From assembly GCA_902492065.1 (NCBI GenBank), contig CABUKE010000004.1, forward strand, positions 43,621-107,620: a stretch of DNA of 64,000 nt, written 5' to 3'. The notes below the pieces were generated by a model, which ran no database searches, was not told where the DNA came from, and saw nothing but the letters and a program-made list of their open reading frames with translations. Shown here in pieces: positions 26,071 to 36,163 of the stretch. The DNA is from an uncultured Eubacteriales bacterium (GTDB lineage: Bacteria > Bacillota > Clostridia > UBA1381 > UMGS1253). Made by a program: the position numbers and the translations under genes. Position 1 is the stretch's first letter. The number at the start of each line of letters is the position of its first letter.

Positions 26071-28530
26071 ATGAGAAAAGCAGTTTTGTCCTGTTTACTT
26101 TCGTATATCGGCGGAATCCTGGCGTTTGAACTGCTGCCGGCCTCCGCGTCATTGTTTGCGGCAATTTTTGTTTTACTTGCCGTCTTATTTCGTTATACTC
26201 TTTTCTGGAGAAATGCGAGAAAATTGCCGATTTTTGTCGTATGTTTCTTTCTGATTGGACTCTTTTATACTGGGATTTCCATTTCCCTGCGGACGGATGC
26301 GTTTCTGCCGCATATCGGAGAAACGGTGACTGTAACGGGCCGCATTGTGGCGGTGTCCGATACGGAAGATGAATATTATGACCGGTATGAGCTTAAAACG
26401 GAGCGCATGGAAATTGGAAAAGATGAGAATAAAACTGAAATCGCAGCCCGGGAAACGGTAGAACTTTCTCTTGCAAAATATGATTTAGAGACCGCGCCGG
26501 AACCATATGCTTATGGCGATGTGATTATTGTTGTTCTTGAACTGGAAGAGCCTTCCGTTCCGCTCAACGACGGTGACGCAGATTACACATTATACAAAAA
26601 GGCGCGCGGGATTTTCTTTAATGGGGTCGGAAGCTATGGGGACAGTACTCTTACTGGACACGAAATCAGTTATTTCAGTCTTACTGATCTTGCCAACCTT
26701 TGCCAGCAATATTTTATAGATGTAATCAACACGTATTTTTCCGGTGACGAGGCCGGGCTTTTGCGCGGCATGTTGCTGAGCGACAAAACCGGATTTTCGG
26801 ACGAATTTTACCAGAAACTGACCGACACGGGAATGGTTCACATTACGGTTGCGTCCGGGCTGCATGTCAACTGTGTCCTGGCAGTGCTTTTGTGGATTTT
26901 GTTCGCCTGCCGGGTACGGAAACGGTATGCCTATCCGGCGGCAATTGTTGTGTTATGGGCGTTTGCTTTCCTGCAAGGAATGACGCCGTCCATTGTCCGC
27001 GCCGTGGTTATGACAAGTATCTTTTTGGTGGGCGAACTACTCAGCCGCGACTATGACAGGAAAAATACACTCTACCTTACAGCATTTGTCATGCTGCTTT
27101 ACGACCCGTTTACCATTTTCAGCGTTGGGTTCCAGCTTTCCTTCGGCGCAGTGCTTGGAATCATTTTGTTTGCTGCGCCGATTGATAACGCTTTGGTACG
27201 GGTGGTCCGTTTTCGGAAACTGTCCTCACTCATCAGCGTTTCGATTGCGGCACAGCTTTTGATTCTTCCGGTATTGGCGTTTTATTTCAATAAGATCTCG
27301 GTTTATTCGGTTCTTGCAAACCTTCTGATCGTGCCGGTGCTCACGGTTACGCTTGGGTTGGGGTTTCTGCTCTTTGCTGTCAGCGGGTTCGGGCCGGCCG
27401 TTGGAAGTGTCGTTGCGTTTGTATTAGGACTGTTTGTCAAATATATACTCGGTGTAATCCATGTCGTCAGCATACTGCCGTTTTCTACGGTGGATATCTT
27501 TACCATGAATATCTGGAAGATGCTGGTTTATTATCTTTTGCTTGCCGCGCTCTATTTTGTTTTGATGAAGAAGGGGCGGCGGACGGTTTTCACCACATTG
27601 GGATTGAGTACGACACTTGTCGTTTGCCTGCTTGTCACCGGGGCGTATACCGGGTCGCTTTTGCGGGTAACATTTCTCAATGTCGGGCAGGGCGACGCCG
27701 CATTGATTCAGATTCCGGGCGGGAAAACGGTTGTCATCGACGGCGGCGGGAGCTCACCCGTGAGCAAGACCGACCTGGGCGAAACCTTGTTTGTTCCATA
27801 CCTGAAGCGCAACGGCGTCAACACGATCGATTATGCAATTTTATCCCACTACAACAAAGACCACGCGCAGGGGATTGCCGCCGCGGTACGTACGATGGAA
27901 GTGAAGAATCTCATCTTACCCTATCGGAAAAACGGTGAGGATATGGAGTATAAGGAAGAGATAGAACGTACGGCGCGGGAAAAGGGAGTCAACATTTTGT
28001 ACTTCAAGGAGGGTGACCGGCTCGACATTGGGGACACGCACTTTGTAGCATTTGCGCCGACACAGCGGAATGCGGAAAACAGAGCCTTCAGCGAAAACAA
28101 CAAGTCGCTGGTACTGAAGCTGACGTATGGGGAGACGAGTTTTCTTTTCACCGGCGACATTGAGCTGGAAGCGGAGAGCAAAGTGGCGAATTACGGCGAC
28201 GCAATCCGCGCGGACGTACTGAAGGTTGCACATCATGGCTCAAAAACTTCGAGCACTGCAAAATTTATCAAGACATGTGCGCCAAAGTATGCTATAATAA
28301 GTGAGGGGAAGGACAATGTCTACGGGTTTCCAGCCCGCGAAACAATCAACACGCTGGTCAAAAACGAGGTTGACATTTATCAGACGAGCGAGTGCGGGGA
28401 CATCCGCTTTTATGTGGATGCGGAGGAAATCAAGTGGATTGACACGTTTTATGAGCGGCCTTCCTACGAAGAAACTTTTTTGAAAAGCGGGGCAAGCATA
28501 TGGCTAAAAAATCCACAGCCGGCGGACTGA
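26071..28530 (+). CDS. comEC: DNA internalisation competence protein ComEC/Rec2
   Basis: N-terminal OB/DUF4131-like region, a polytopic competence domain and a C-terminal metallo-beta-lactamase domain (ILSHYNKDHAQG, VAHHGSKTSS). I set the start at ATG 26071, downstream of the preceding terminator. Confidence 0.9.
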   Translation: MRKAVLSCLLSYIGGILAFELLPASASLFAAIFVLLAVLFRYTLFWRNARKLPIFVVCFFLIGLFYTGISISLRTDAFLPHIGETVTVTGRIVAVSDTEDEYYDRYELKTERMEIGKDENKTEIAARETVELSLAKYDLETAPEPYAYGDVIIVVLELEEPSVPLNDGDADYTLYKKARGIFFNGVGSYGDSTLTGHEISYFSLTDLANLCQQYFIDVINTYFSGDEAGLLRGMLLSDKTGFSDEFYQKLTDTGMVHITVASGLHVNCVLAVLLWILFACRVRKRYAYPAAIVVLWAFAFLQGMTPSIVRAVVMTSIFLVGELLSRDYDRKNTLYLTAFVMLLYDPFTIFSVGFQLSFGAVLGIILFAAPIDNALVRVVRFRKLSSLISVSIAAQLLILPVLAFYFNKISVYSVLANLLIVPVLTVTLGLGFLLFAVSGFGPAVGSVVAFVLGLFVKYILGVIHVVSILPFSTVDIFTMNIWKMLVYYLLLAALYFVLMKKGRRTVFTTLGLSTTLVVCLLVTGAYTGSLLRVTFLNVGQGDAALIQIPGGKTVVIDGGGSSPVSKTDLGETLFVPYLKRNGVNTIDYAILSHYNKDHAQGIAAAVRTMEVKNLILPYRKNGEDMEYKEEIERTAREKGVNILYFKEGDRLDIGDTHFVAFAPTQRNAENRAFSENNKSLVLKLTYGETSFLFTGDIELEAESKVANYGDAIRADVLKVAHHGSKTSSTAKFIKTCAPKYAIISEGKDNVYGFPARETINTLVKNEVDIYQTSECGDIRFYVDAEEIKWIDTFYERPSYEETFLKSGASIWLKNPQPAD

Positions 28531-29531
28531 GCGTGCTGAAGGAACAGCTAAAGTCGAAGGCGTTTGGCAATGTATATCTGTTCTTTGGAGAAGAGGACTT
28601 TTTAAAGAGTTATTATTTTGGTATGCTGCGCAGTAATATTGTGGAGCCGGACTTTGAAGATTTCAACTATGTTGTTTACGAAGGGCCAAAGCAGGATTAC
28701 AATGAGATTGCAATTGCACTGGATACGCCGCCGATGATGGCGCAGCGCAAGCTGATTTTGATTAAGTACAGTGGCATTTTTGCAAAGGCGAACGAGGAGG
28801 CCAAGACGTTTTGGACGGCGGCTGTCAAGCGGGTGCCGGATTACGCGGTGCTGGCGTTTTATGAAGAAGAAGTGGATAAGCGCAGCGCGCTGTATAAAGC
28901 CGTCGAGAAGGCCGGCTGCGCGGTCGAGTGCGCCTATCTGGAGGGCGTAGAGCTGATCAACTGGGTGGGCCGCGGCTGCCGCGCGGCGGGCAAGGCTATC
29001 ACAAAGGCGGATGTTGAGTATCTAATTCACAATTGCGACGGTGGGATGAACAACCTAAAGCGCGAGTTGGAAAAGCTGTTTGCCTACTGCGGTGAGAGGA
29101 TTACGAAGAGTGACATTGATAAAATCGTTACGAAAATGCCGCAGAGCCGTGTATTCAACATGATAAACGCCATGCTGCGCCGCGATGCACGCACGGTATT
29201 TGCTGAGCTTGACGCGCTCAAGACACTGAAGGAGTCGGCCTTTATGGTGCTGGCGCTTCTGCTGACGAATTTTGAGCGGATTCTGCACACGAAGATTCTG
29301 CTCGAGCACAGCGAGCCATATGGCAACATTGCAGCAAAGATTAAGGTTCCGCCTTACTTTGTGCGCGACTACGCCCACGCGGCGGAGCGCTTTCCAAAGC
29401 GGTTTCTGTGTCACGCGGTGCGTGAGATTGCACAGATTGATTACTCCATCAAGCAGGGCAGGATTGAGGAGTGGCTCGGGGTGGAAAACTTTTTGGCAAA
29501 GTGCCTCGCAGAATCGGAAAAAAGTGCTTGA
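28500..29531 (+). CDS. holA: DNA polymerase III delta subunit
   Basis: 343 aa. N-terminus VYLFFGEEDFLKSYY, with the comEC-holA synteny typical of Firmicutes. Confidence 0.85.
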   Translation: MAKKSTAGGLSVLKEQLKSKAFGNVYLFFGEEDFLKSYYFGMLRSNIVEPDFEDFNYVVYEGPKQDYNEIAIALDTPPMMAQRKLILIKYSGIFAKANEEAKTFWTAAVKRVPDYAVLAFYEEEVDKRSALYKAVEKAGCAVECAYLEGVELINWVGRGCRAAGKAITKADVEYLIHNCDGGMNNLKRELEKLFAYCGERITKSDIDKIVTKMPQSRVFNMINAMLRRDARTVFAELDALKTLKESAFMVLALLLTNFERILHTKILLEHSEPYGNIAAKIKVPPYFVRDYAHAAERFPKRFLCHAVREIAQIDYSIKQGRIEEWLGVENFLAKCLAESEKSA

Positions 29532-29556
29532 CAGGCGGCGTGACCTGTGGTATACT
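29528..29556 (+). promoter_or_regulatory. sigma-A-type promoter TTGACA-17-TATACT (TGn extended) for the infC operon
   Basis: TTGACA 29528-29533 overlaps the holA stop. TATACT at 29551-29556 is preceded by tgg. Confidence 0.6.
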
Positions 29557-29562
29557 GTTTTA

Positions 29563-29700
29563 GAAAACAAAGCAGGGAAGTGCATTTCCCTCACCGTACG
29601 GCGCAGGCTGGTCCGGTTGAATATGTCGTGGCCCATACAAATTGAGATATGGGTGATGTATGTATTTTACGGATAAACGGTTTCGTTTATCCGTTTTTTA
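29563..29700 (+). ncRNA. putative ribosomal protein L20 leader / transcription attenuator of infC-rpmI-rplT
   Basis: About 175-nt untranslated leader with stems agggaa/ttccct and cccata/tatggg. A terminator hairpin acGGATAAACG-gttt-CGTTTATCCgt plus TTTTTT lies at 29669-29699, upstream of infC. This is the arrangement known for L20 autoregulation in Firmicutes. Confidence 0.5.
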
Positions 29701-29750
29701 TGGTTTTGACGGGGCGGAGCCCCACAATATTGAAATGGATGGTGATATTT

Positions 29751-30278
29751 ATCAGTAACAAAGAGCAGCAAATCAACGAGCAAATCCGTGACAGAGAAGT
29801 GCGTTTGATTGGCGAGGATGGGAGCCAACTCGGCATTGTCCCGATTGACAAAGCGCAGCAGATGGCGATCGACGCGAATCTTGACCTGGTGAAGATTGCG
29901 CCGCAGGCGAAGCCGCCCGTGTGCAAAATTATGGACTACGGCAAATACAAGTTTGAGGCGGCGAAGCGGGAGAAGGAAAACCGCAAGAACCAGAAGGTCA
30001 TTGAAATCAAAGAGGTTCGTCTGTCGCCCTCTATTGATACGCACGATTTTGAAACAAAAGTGGGGTCTGCGGTTAAGTTTTTGAAGAGTGGGAGCAAGGT
30101 CAAGGTGACAGTGCGCTTCCGCGGCCGGGAGATTCATCACTCTGCGCTTGGCGCTGACTTGCTGAAGCGGTTTGCTGAGGCTGCATCTGAGTATGGGACC
30201 GTGGAGAAGAACGCGAAGTTAGAGGGCCGGAACATGGCGATGTTTATGGTGCCGAAGGCTGCGCCCAAGGCAAACTGA
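29751..30278 (+). CDS. infC: translation initiation factor IF-3 (non-AUG start)
   Basis: ISNKEQQINEQIRDREVRLIGEDGSQLGIV... is canonical IF-3. SD ggatggtga (29737-29745) is followed in frame by ATA 29745 and ATC 29751. The tracked ATG 29649 lies upstream of the leader terminator. The exact start is uncertain within 29739-29751. Confidence 0.9.
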   Translation: MSNKEQQINEQIRDREVRLIGEDGSQLGIVPIDKAQQMAIDANLDLVKIAPQAKPPVCKIMDYGKYKFEAAKREKENRKNQKVIEIKEVRLSPSIDTHDFETKVGSAVKFLKSGSKVKVTVRFRGREIHHSALGADLLKRFAEAASEYGTVEKNAKLEGRNMAMFMVPKAAPKAN

Positions 30279-30305
30279 CACGGTAGAGGAGAAAAGTTTA
30301 TAACA

Positions 30306-30333
30306 TTGACCCGTTTGGGAAAATGGCTATAAT
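30306..30333 (+). promoter_or_regulatory. candidate internal promoter TTGACC-16-TATAAT
   Basis: Motif match in the infC-rpmI spacer. Confidence 0.4.
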
Positions 30334-30369
30334 AAATGAGAATGAAGGAATTGGAAGGAGTGTACACAA

Positions 30370-30567
30370 ATGCCGAAAATAAAGACGCACAGAGGCGCGG
30401 CAAAGCGGTTCTCTTTGACGAAATCGGGCAAGGTAAAGAGGGGCAGCGCATACAGGAGCCATATCCTGACCAAAAAGACGACAAAGCGGAAGCGGGGCCT
30501 GCGTAAGGCTGCTTATGCAAGCGCGGCGAACGAGGCAACGATCAAGAAATTGATTCCATACAAATAA
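30370..30567 (+). CDS. rpmI: 50S ribosomal protein L35
   Basis: [14 protein letters not shown]... is the canonical L35 sequence. Confidence 0.95.
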   Translation: MPKIKTHRGAAKRFSLTKSGKVKRGSAYRSHILTKKTTKRKRGLRKAAYASAANEATIKKLIPYK

Positions 30568-30597
30568 TATTACGATTTGGAAAGAAGGGAATAAACG

Positions 30598-30951
30598 ATG
30601 GCAAGAGTAAAGGGTGCGTTGACCACCAGAAAAAGACATAAAAAGATATTAAAGCTCGCGAAGGGCTACCGCGGTGCAAAGAGCAAGCTCTACCGCACAG
30701 CGAACGAAGCGGTTATGAAGTCGCTCGTATATGCATACATTGGCAGAAAGCAGAAGAAGCGTAACTTCCGCAGAATGTGGATTGCAAGAATCAGCGCGGC
30801 GGCGAAGATGAATGGTATGAACTATTCGCGCTTTATGAACGGCCTGAAGAAGGCGAACATCGACATCAACCGGAAGATGCTTTCCGAGATTGCGATTGCG
30901 GACCCGGCGGCGTTTACGGCGCTGGCAGAGCAGGCAAAGGCTGCGCTCTAA
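30598..30951 (+). CDS. rplT: 50S ribosomal protein L20
   Basis: [33 protein letters not shown] is the canonical L20 sequence. Confidence 0.95.
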   Translation: MARVKGALTTRKRHKKILKLAKGYRGAKSKLYRTANEAVMKSLVYAYIGRKQKKRNFRRMWIARISAAAKMNGMNYSRFMNGLKKANIDINRKMLSEIAIADPAAFTALAEQAKAAL

Positions 30952-30981
30952 GAGGCTAACGCTCTAAGATATATGTGTATG

Positions 30982-31014
30982 ACAGGGCTTTCATAGGGGA
31001 AGCCCTGTTTTTTA
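30982..31014 (+). terminator. rho-independent terminator
   Basis: acagggctt...aagccctgt followed by tttttt. Confidence 0.75.
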
Positions 31015-31029
31015 TAAGGAGGAAGCAAG

Positions 31030-31281
31030 ATGGTGTATACGTATCAGCCAAAAGGCGTCTGCTCCATGCAGATCGACATTGAAGTAGAAGACGGGATTGT
31101 AAAGAATGTTGTGTTCCACGGTGGATGTAACGGAAATGGAAAGGGAATTGCGAGCCTTGCACGCGGGAGAAGCGTCGATGAGGTAATTGCCGCGCTGGAG
31201 GGGACGCGGTGCGGAAGTAAATCAACTTCCTGCCCGGACCAGCTTGCAGTTGCGCTTAAGGAAATCCGGAAGGGTGCGTAG
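31030..31281 (+). CDS. TSCPD-domain small protein
   Basis: 83 aa with FHGGCNGNGKGIA and TSCPDQLA motifs. Confidence 0.6.
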   Translation: MVYTYQPKGVCSMQIDIEVEDGIVKNVVFHGGCNGNGKGIASLARGRSVDEVIAALEGTRCGSKSTSCPDQLAVALKEIRKGA

Positions 31282-31311
31282 GGTGGTATTTTCAAAGGAG
31301 AAACAATTCAG

Positions 31312-31956
31312 ATGGAGAAAATGACGGAATTTTTTGAAAAACGCATTCGTGAATATGACAGCCATATGCTCACAGAGGTAGCAGGCTGCTGCGAGGGGTA
31401 CCGGAAGATGGCGGAGCTTTTGCGCCCCGGCACGAAAACGCTCCTCGACTTGGGGTGCGGCACAGGGCTGGAGCTGGACGAGATTTACCGCCGGTTTCCC
31501 GATATGCAAGTCGTAGGGGTTGACTTGACGCAGGCTATGCTTGACCGTCTGAAACAGAAACATCCGGACAAGCCGCTTACTCTGATTTGCGGTGACTATT
31601 TTCAGGTTGAGTTTGGAAAAGAATGCTTCGACGCGGCGGTGTCGTTCCAGACGATGCATCATTTCGCCCATGCTCCGAAGCGGGCGCTGTACCAGAAAAT
31701 TTGCACTGCGCTTAAGGCGGACGGCATATATCTCGAGTGCGACTATATGGTTGAAACGCAGGAGGAAGAGGACAACCTGTTTGCAGAGAGCGACCGACTT
31801 TACCGGGAATTTACGGCGGAGCCGGATACATTTTATCATATTGATACGCCATGTACAGTCGAGAATCAGATGCGTCTTTTGCAGGAGGCGGGTTTTACAT
31901 CGGTAAAACTGATGTTCCGAATGGAAAATACAACGCTCCTACTGGCAAAAAAATAG
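31312..31956 (+). CDS. class I SAM-dependent methyltransferase
   Basis: Motif I LLDLGCGTGLE and a downstream acidic loop. Confidence 0.8.
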   Translation: MEKMTEFFEKRIREYDSHMLTEVAGCCEGYRKMAELLRPGTKTLLDLGCGTGLELDEIYRRFPDMQVVGVDLTQAMLDRLKQKHPDKPLTLICGDYFQVEFGKECFDAAVSFQTMHHFAHAPKRALYQKICTALKADGIYLECDYMVETQEEEDNLFAESDRLYREFTAEPDTFYHIDTPCTVENQMRLLQEAGFTSVKLMFRMENTTLLLAKK

Positions 31957-31972
31957 CCGCCCATTCGCTGCG

Positions 31973-33061
31973 TTACTGCGCAAACGAATAGGCGGAATCG
32001 GAGATTTCCACACGGCTTTTGTCCAACGTCGTGTGGATTTTTTTGTTTTTATCTACAATCAACGCGTCATATCCGCGCTCCTGCGCCAAAGCCAGCCCCT
32101 CGTCAATATCCATCATATAAAGCGAGGTCGAGAGCGCATCCGCCTCCATAGAGCTTGGCCCAATTACGGTGACGCTTTCCGCCGCACCATTGTACGGATA
32201 GCCTGTTGCCGGGTCGAGTATGTGGTGATACAATATGCCATCCTGTGTGAAATTACGTTCATATGCACCTGACGTGACGACGTTTATCGCTTCGCCGGGT
32301 ACGTTTTGCAGCGACACGACAGCAAGGTAGGAGCCGGTCGCGGCAAATGGCGTCTGAATTCCGACACGCCATGGCTTGTTGATATCTCGGTGAAGCCAGT
32401 TGTTTTGCAGTTCGTCAAGCGGAGCGTTGTTTGTCCCAAGCAGGACAATATTGCCGCCGAGATTGGCGAGCGCCTTACTACAGCCGTGCTGTACCAGCGT
32501 TTTCGCCGTTTCGTCGGCTGCGTATCCCTTTGCGATACCGCCGAGGTCGAGCTGCATCCCATCCTTTAGGAACGTGACTGTTTTATTCTCCCGGTCAAGA
32601 ACGACATTTTGATATCCGACGCGGGACAGCGCCTCGGTCAGTTCTGTGTCTGTTGGAACGCGTGGACTGCCGGAAAAGTCCCACACGTCTGTGACCGGCT
32701 TAATTGTAACGTCAAAGCGCCCGCCCGTCAGCTCGCTGTAGGATAGAGCCGTTTCCAGTACCTGAAAGAGCGCGTCGCTGACAGGAATTGGTACGTTGGC
32801 TCTACCGACGCTGTTGACATATGCCACCTCACTCGTATCGACATATGCACTCATTTGTGTTTCAATCTCCTGGATGGTTTGGATGCCGGCCTCTGCCGAT
32901 GCACGGTCCGCGCCATAGGTTGTTACGGTAACATAGGTGTTCAGTGCAAACGCAGATTCTTTTACGGTTACGCCGCTTTGCACTGCCGATAGGACGAGTA
33001 TGGCAATGGCAAGCAGGACAACGCCGCCAATTAGATAGGCGGTCAGGTGTTTCAGTTTCAT
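31973..33061 (-). CDS. apbE: FAD:protein FMN transferase (ApbE family), membrane-anchored
   Basis: N-terminal TM/signal anchor. ApbE motifs are present (DLGGIAKGYAAD, HHILDPATGYP). Confidence 0.85.
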   Translation of the reverse strand: MKLKHLTAYLIGGVVLLAIAILVLSAVQSGVTVKESAFALNTYVTVTTYGADRASAEAGIQTIQEIETQMSAYVDTSEVAYVNSVGRANVPIPVSDALFQVLETALSYSELTGGRFDVTIKPVTDVWDFSGSPRVPTDTELTEALSRVGYQNVVLDRENKTVTFLKDGMQLDLGGIAKGYAADETAKTLVQHGCSKALANLGGNIVLLGTNNAPLDELQNNWLHRDINKPWRVGIQTPFAATGSYLAVVSLQNVPGEAINVVTSGAYERNFTQDGILYHHILDPATGYPYNGAAESVTVIGPSSMEADALSTSLYMMDIDEGLALAQERGYDALIVDKNKKIHTTLDKSRVEISDSAYSFAQ

Positions 33062-33146
33062 GGTTCACGCTCCTTTTGCACCATTATACCGCAGGCAGGC
33101 AAAAAAGTAAAGCGGGGGCAGAGCCCCCGCCAAAAAACAATCCCGC

Positions 33147-33776
33147 TTAAAGTGTGCCAAACAGCCGGTCGCCCGCGTCGCCCAAACCGGGCACAATATA
33201 GCCCTTCTCATTGAGCCGCTCGTCCACAATGCCGCAGAATACTTCTATATCCGGATGCGCCTTTGTCACAACTTCTACGCCCTCCGGGGAGGCGATAATG
33301 CACATCAGCTTGATACGTTGCGCGCCACGTTTTTTGATAAACTCAATTGCCGCCGCGCTGCTCCCGCCTGTGGCAAGCATGGGGTCTAACACGAGCACCT
33401 GCCGCTGTGCAATGTCGGGTGGCAGCTTGCAGTAGTATTCCACCGGCTGAAGCGTTTCATGGTCGCGGTAAAGTCCGATATGGCCCACCTTCGCGGCGGG
33501 AATCAGACTCATCAGCGCGTCCACCATGCCGAGCCCGGCGCGCAGAATCGGCACGAGGGCTACCTGCTTGTCGATAAAGCGGCCCGTCGTCTTTGCAAGC
33601 GGCGTTTCAACCTCGCGCTCCGTCAGTTCTAAGTCGCGCGTCGCTTCATACCCCATCAGAAGCGCAATCTCATAGGCCAGCTCGCGAAAATCTTTGACCG
33701 ACGTATCCTTGTTGCGCAGCATGGAGATTTTGTGCAGAATCAGCGGATGGTCCATTACATGTACTTGATTCTTCAT
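33147..33776 (-). CDS. upp: uracil phosphoribosyltransferase
   Basis: [31 protein letters not shown] and [12 protein letters not shown] are canonical Upp motifs. Confidence 0.95.
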   Translation of the reverse strand: MKNQVHVMDHPLILHKISMLRNKDTSVKDFRELAYEIALLMGYEATRDLELTEREVETPLAKTTGRFIDKQVALVPILRAGLGMVDALMSLIPAAKVGHIGLYRDHETLQPVEYYCKLPPDIAQRQVLVLDPMLATGGSSAAAIEFIKKRGAQRIKLMCIIASPEGVEVVTKAHPDIEVFCGIVDERLNEKGYIVPGLGDAGDRLFGTL

Positions 33777-33830
33777 TTAGCGTTCCTTCTTTCTAAAAGT
33801 AAATACAATTGCGTTTTTATATGGCTTTGC

Positions 33831-34700
33831 TCACGCATGGGACAGGAGCGGAAACATCAGCGTGCGGCCACCGGTAAATAGATTTTCTGTTCCGCCCAGC
33901 ACGAACAGCGTCGTGTCCTCGTCCTGAAACGGTTCGACAGAGCAGCCGTCCGTATCCTTTGGCGTAAATCCAAAGTGTACCGCTTCTGTTTCTTTCCGTA
34001 TAACGGCAGAGAGTACAGTGTCCAAGTTATAGCCGCTGCCGCCAAATATGTCACAGCACAGCAACGTACCGCCGTCATGCTCTGCGACAATTACAGCGTC
34101 ATACGACGCTGCATAGTAGATGCTGTCCTTCCAAAAGGCACTATGGAACATGGTAAGCCCGCGCCTGTCTAGTAATTGCAAAGCGGCAAAGGGGTTTTCC
34201 TTTTGGCTGTATCGCGCAAACAGTTCCCGGTCGTCGGCTTTGTCTAGGTCCAATTTGCGCGCTGCTGCACTGGCGCGGTTCTTGCTGACCGCTTTCTTGT
34301 GCTGAAATTCCTGCGCGACAGAAAAGCCGAATTTCGGGTAAAAGTCCAGCACCGTTCCGTTTGCAAACAGGAATATGCTGTCACACCGCGGCTGCCAGTC
34401 GTGCAGAATTTCTGTAATCAGTCTGCGGGACAGGCCACGGTTCCGGTAGCGGCTGTCCGTCATGACGGTGCCAATCTGGATATAGCGCCGCGTCTTTCCC
34501 TGAAACAGGAAGTCCATACGATTAACCGCTGCGGCGGCGAGTACGGTGTCCCCCTCTGTAAAGGTGTAGGGAATATAGCTGTTCGACCAGAAGCCGTCCT
34601 GATACCATGTTTCAAAGGAAATGTCAAACGTCGCTTTTGCCAGCGCATTAAAGCTGCGCCGCAGAGCGGCATTGTCCCGGATTTGTTTTTGCAGTTCCAT
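33831..34700 (-). CDS. GNAT family N-acetyltransferase
   Basis: Acetyl-CoA loop QIGTVMTDSRYRNRGLSRRLI. Confidence 0.7.
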   Translation of the reverse strand: MELQKQIRDNAALRRSFNALAKATFDISFETWYQDGFWSNSYIPYTFTEGDTVLAAAAVNRMDFLFQGKTRRYIQIGTVMTDSRYRNRGLSRRLITEILHDWQPRCDSIFLFANGTVLDFYPKFGFSVAQEFQHKKAVSKNRASAAARKLDLDKADDRELFARYSQKENPFAALQLLDRRGLTMFHSAFWKDSIYYAASYDAVIVAEHDGGTLLCCDIFGGSGYNLDTVLSAVIRKETEAVHFGFTPKDTDGCSVEPFQDEDTTLFVLGGTENLFTGGRTLMFPLLSHA

Positions 34701-34721
34701 GTGTTCCTCCAGCTATGTAAA

Positions 34722-36017
34722 TTAGATTTCCTTCGGCAGAATGGCGTTAAGCAGTACGCCCAGTACCGTTGCGACAAACAGGCCGGAGATATTGAGCATA
34801 ACAGTACCAATCATAATCGGAATCCCGCCGATTGCGTTGATGCCAAGGCCGGTAGTAAGGATTACTGCAACGATAGTCAGATTCCGCGAATGTGTAAAGT
34901 CGAGGTTCGCCTCGGCGAGCGAACGGATACCAATGCTGGCAATCATGCCGAACAACATCAGCTCCACACCGCCCTTGACTGGGCCGGGAATCGTCTGAAG
35001 TACCGCCCCAAACTTGCCGAACAGGCCGAGGATGATGGCAAATACGGCCGCAAGGCGCAGGATGGATGGGTTATAGTTCTTCGTCGTCGCAAGCACACCC
35101 GTGTTTTCCGAGTAGGTCGTGTTTGCAGGACCGCCCAGAAGGCCGGCCGCAAACGTTGCAAGGCCGTCGCCGAGCAGCGTCCGGTGCAGACCGGGATCTT
35201 TAAAGAAGTTTTTGCCAACCACGGTGCCGTTCGTCGTAATGTCGCCGATATGCTCCATAAAGGTTACCAGCGCAATCGGCGCAATCGAAAGGATGATGCC
35301 CCAGTCAAACTTCGGCAGGGAGAAGAACGTCGTCGTCTGCCCATAACTGTTTGTAAACTCCGTTACATAGGGGATGTTAATCCATGCAGCTTCAGCGATG
35401 GGTGTAAAATCCATCTCAAAAACGCCGCAGAAATACAAAATAACACAGAGCACATAGCCGGACGCAATCCCAATCAAAATTGGCACAAGCTTAAAGAAAC
35501 CCTTTGCAAATAGGGTACATACGATTACAACAGCAAGCGTAAACGCCGCTATTGCGAGGCTGATGCCCTGCGTCCCTGTAATACTGCCCTCGATTGCGAC
35601 ATTGTTCAGGCAATCATTAAATGCCGTGCCAGCGAGGCCGACGCCGATTACCAGAATGATTGGGCCTGTGACAACCGGCGGAAAAATATTCTTAATCCGG
35701 TCGGAGCCAATCAGATACGCAATCAGCGCAAAAACGAGGTAGAGAAGGCCGGCAACCATGATACCGCCCTGCGCATACTCAATCCCCTTTGTCTGTACGG
35801 CGGCGGCTACCGATGCGATAAACGCAAAGGAAGAGCCGACAAACACCGGCACTTTAAACTTTGTGCAGCAGTGGAAGATGAGCGTGCCGATACCGGCTGT
35901 AACAAGGGCCACTGCCGGGTCGAAGCCCGTCATCAGCGGGACTAGAACCGTTGCGCCGAACATAGCAAACAGGTGTTGGATGCCGAGCGCATAGTCTTTC
36001 CCGGAAAGCTTTTGCAT
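34722..36017 (-). CDS. uraA: uracil/xanthine permease (NCS2/NAT family)
   Basis: LGIQHLFAMFGATVLVPLMTG and the NAT signature region. It lies near upp. Uracil specificity is inferred. Confidence 0.8.
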   Translation of the reverse strand: MQKLSGKDYALGIQHLFAMFGATVLVPLMTGFDPAVALVTAGIGTLIFHCCTKFKVPVFVGSSFAFIASVAAAVQTKGIEYAQGGIMVAGLLYLVFALIAYLIGSDRIKNIFPPVVTGPIILVIGVGLAGTAFNDCLNNVAIEGSITGTQGISLAIAAFTLAVVIVCTLFAKGFFKLVPILIGIASGYVLCVILYFCGVFEMDFTPIAEAAWINIPYVTEFTNSYGQTTTFFSLPKFDWGIILSIAPIALVTFMEHIGDITTNGTVVGKNFFKDPGLHRTLLGDGLATFAAGLLGGPANTTYSENTGVLATTKNYNPSILRLAAVFAIILGLFGKFGAVLQTIPGPVKGGVELMLFGMIASIGIRSLAEANLDFTHSRNLTIVAVILTTGLGINAIGGIPIMIGTVMLNISGLFVATVLGVLLNAILPKEI

Positions 36018-36163
36018 ATAAATCCCTCCATATATAATTGTTATAAGCGGCCCCGCTCATTAAGCGATGGCCGAACCCATAAAATTATATAATAACGGAA
36101 GGCGTTTGTCTACAGTTTTCCCGAAAAACCTACAAAAAACGTAAAGATAATGTAAAAAGCCTG

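Noticed and set aside
29649-29750. The tracked ATG start and first about 34 codons of the infC ORF.
   Set aside because: This stretch contains the leader terminator hairpin and U-run. The conserved IF-3 sequence begins only at about 29751.
34299-35513. A 404-aa plus-strand ORF.
   Set aside because: It is antisense to the GNAT and uracil permease genes and has the Arg/Lys/Cys-rich composition typical of shadow frames.
36018-36163. A possible PyrR binding loop, a riboswitch, or a RiPP precursor ORF between the MNIO-like gene and uraA.
   Set aside because: There is no PyrR-box-like hairpin. The only short ORFs are a 6-codon one and a frame that overlaps uraA, with no SD and no Cys-rich core.
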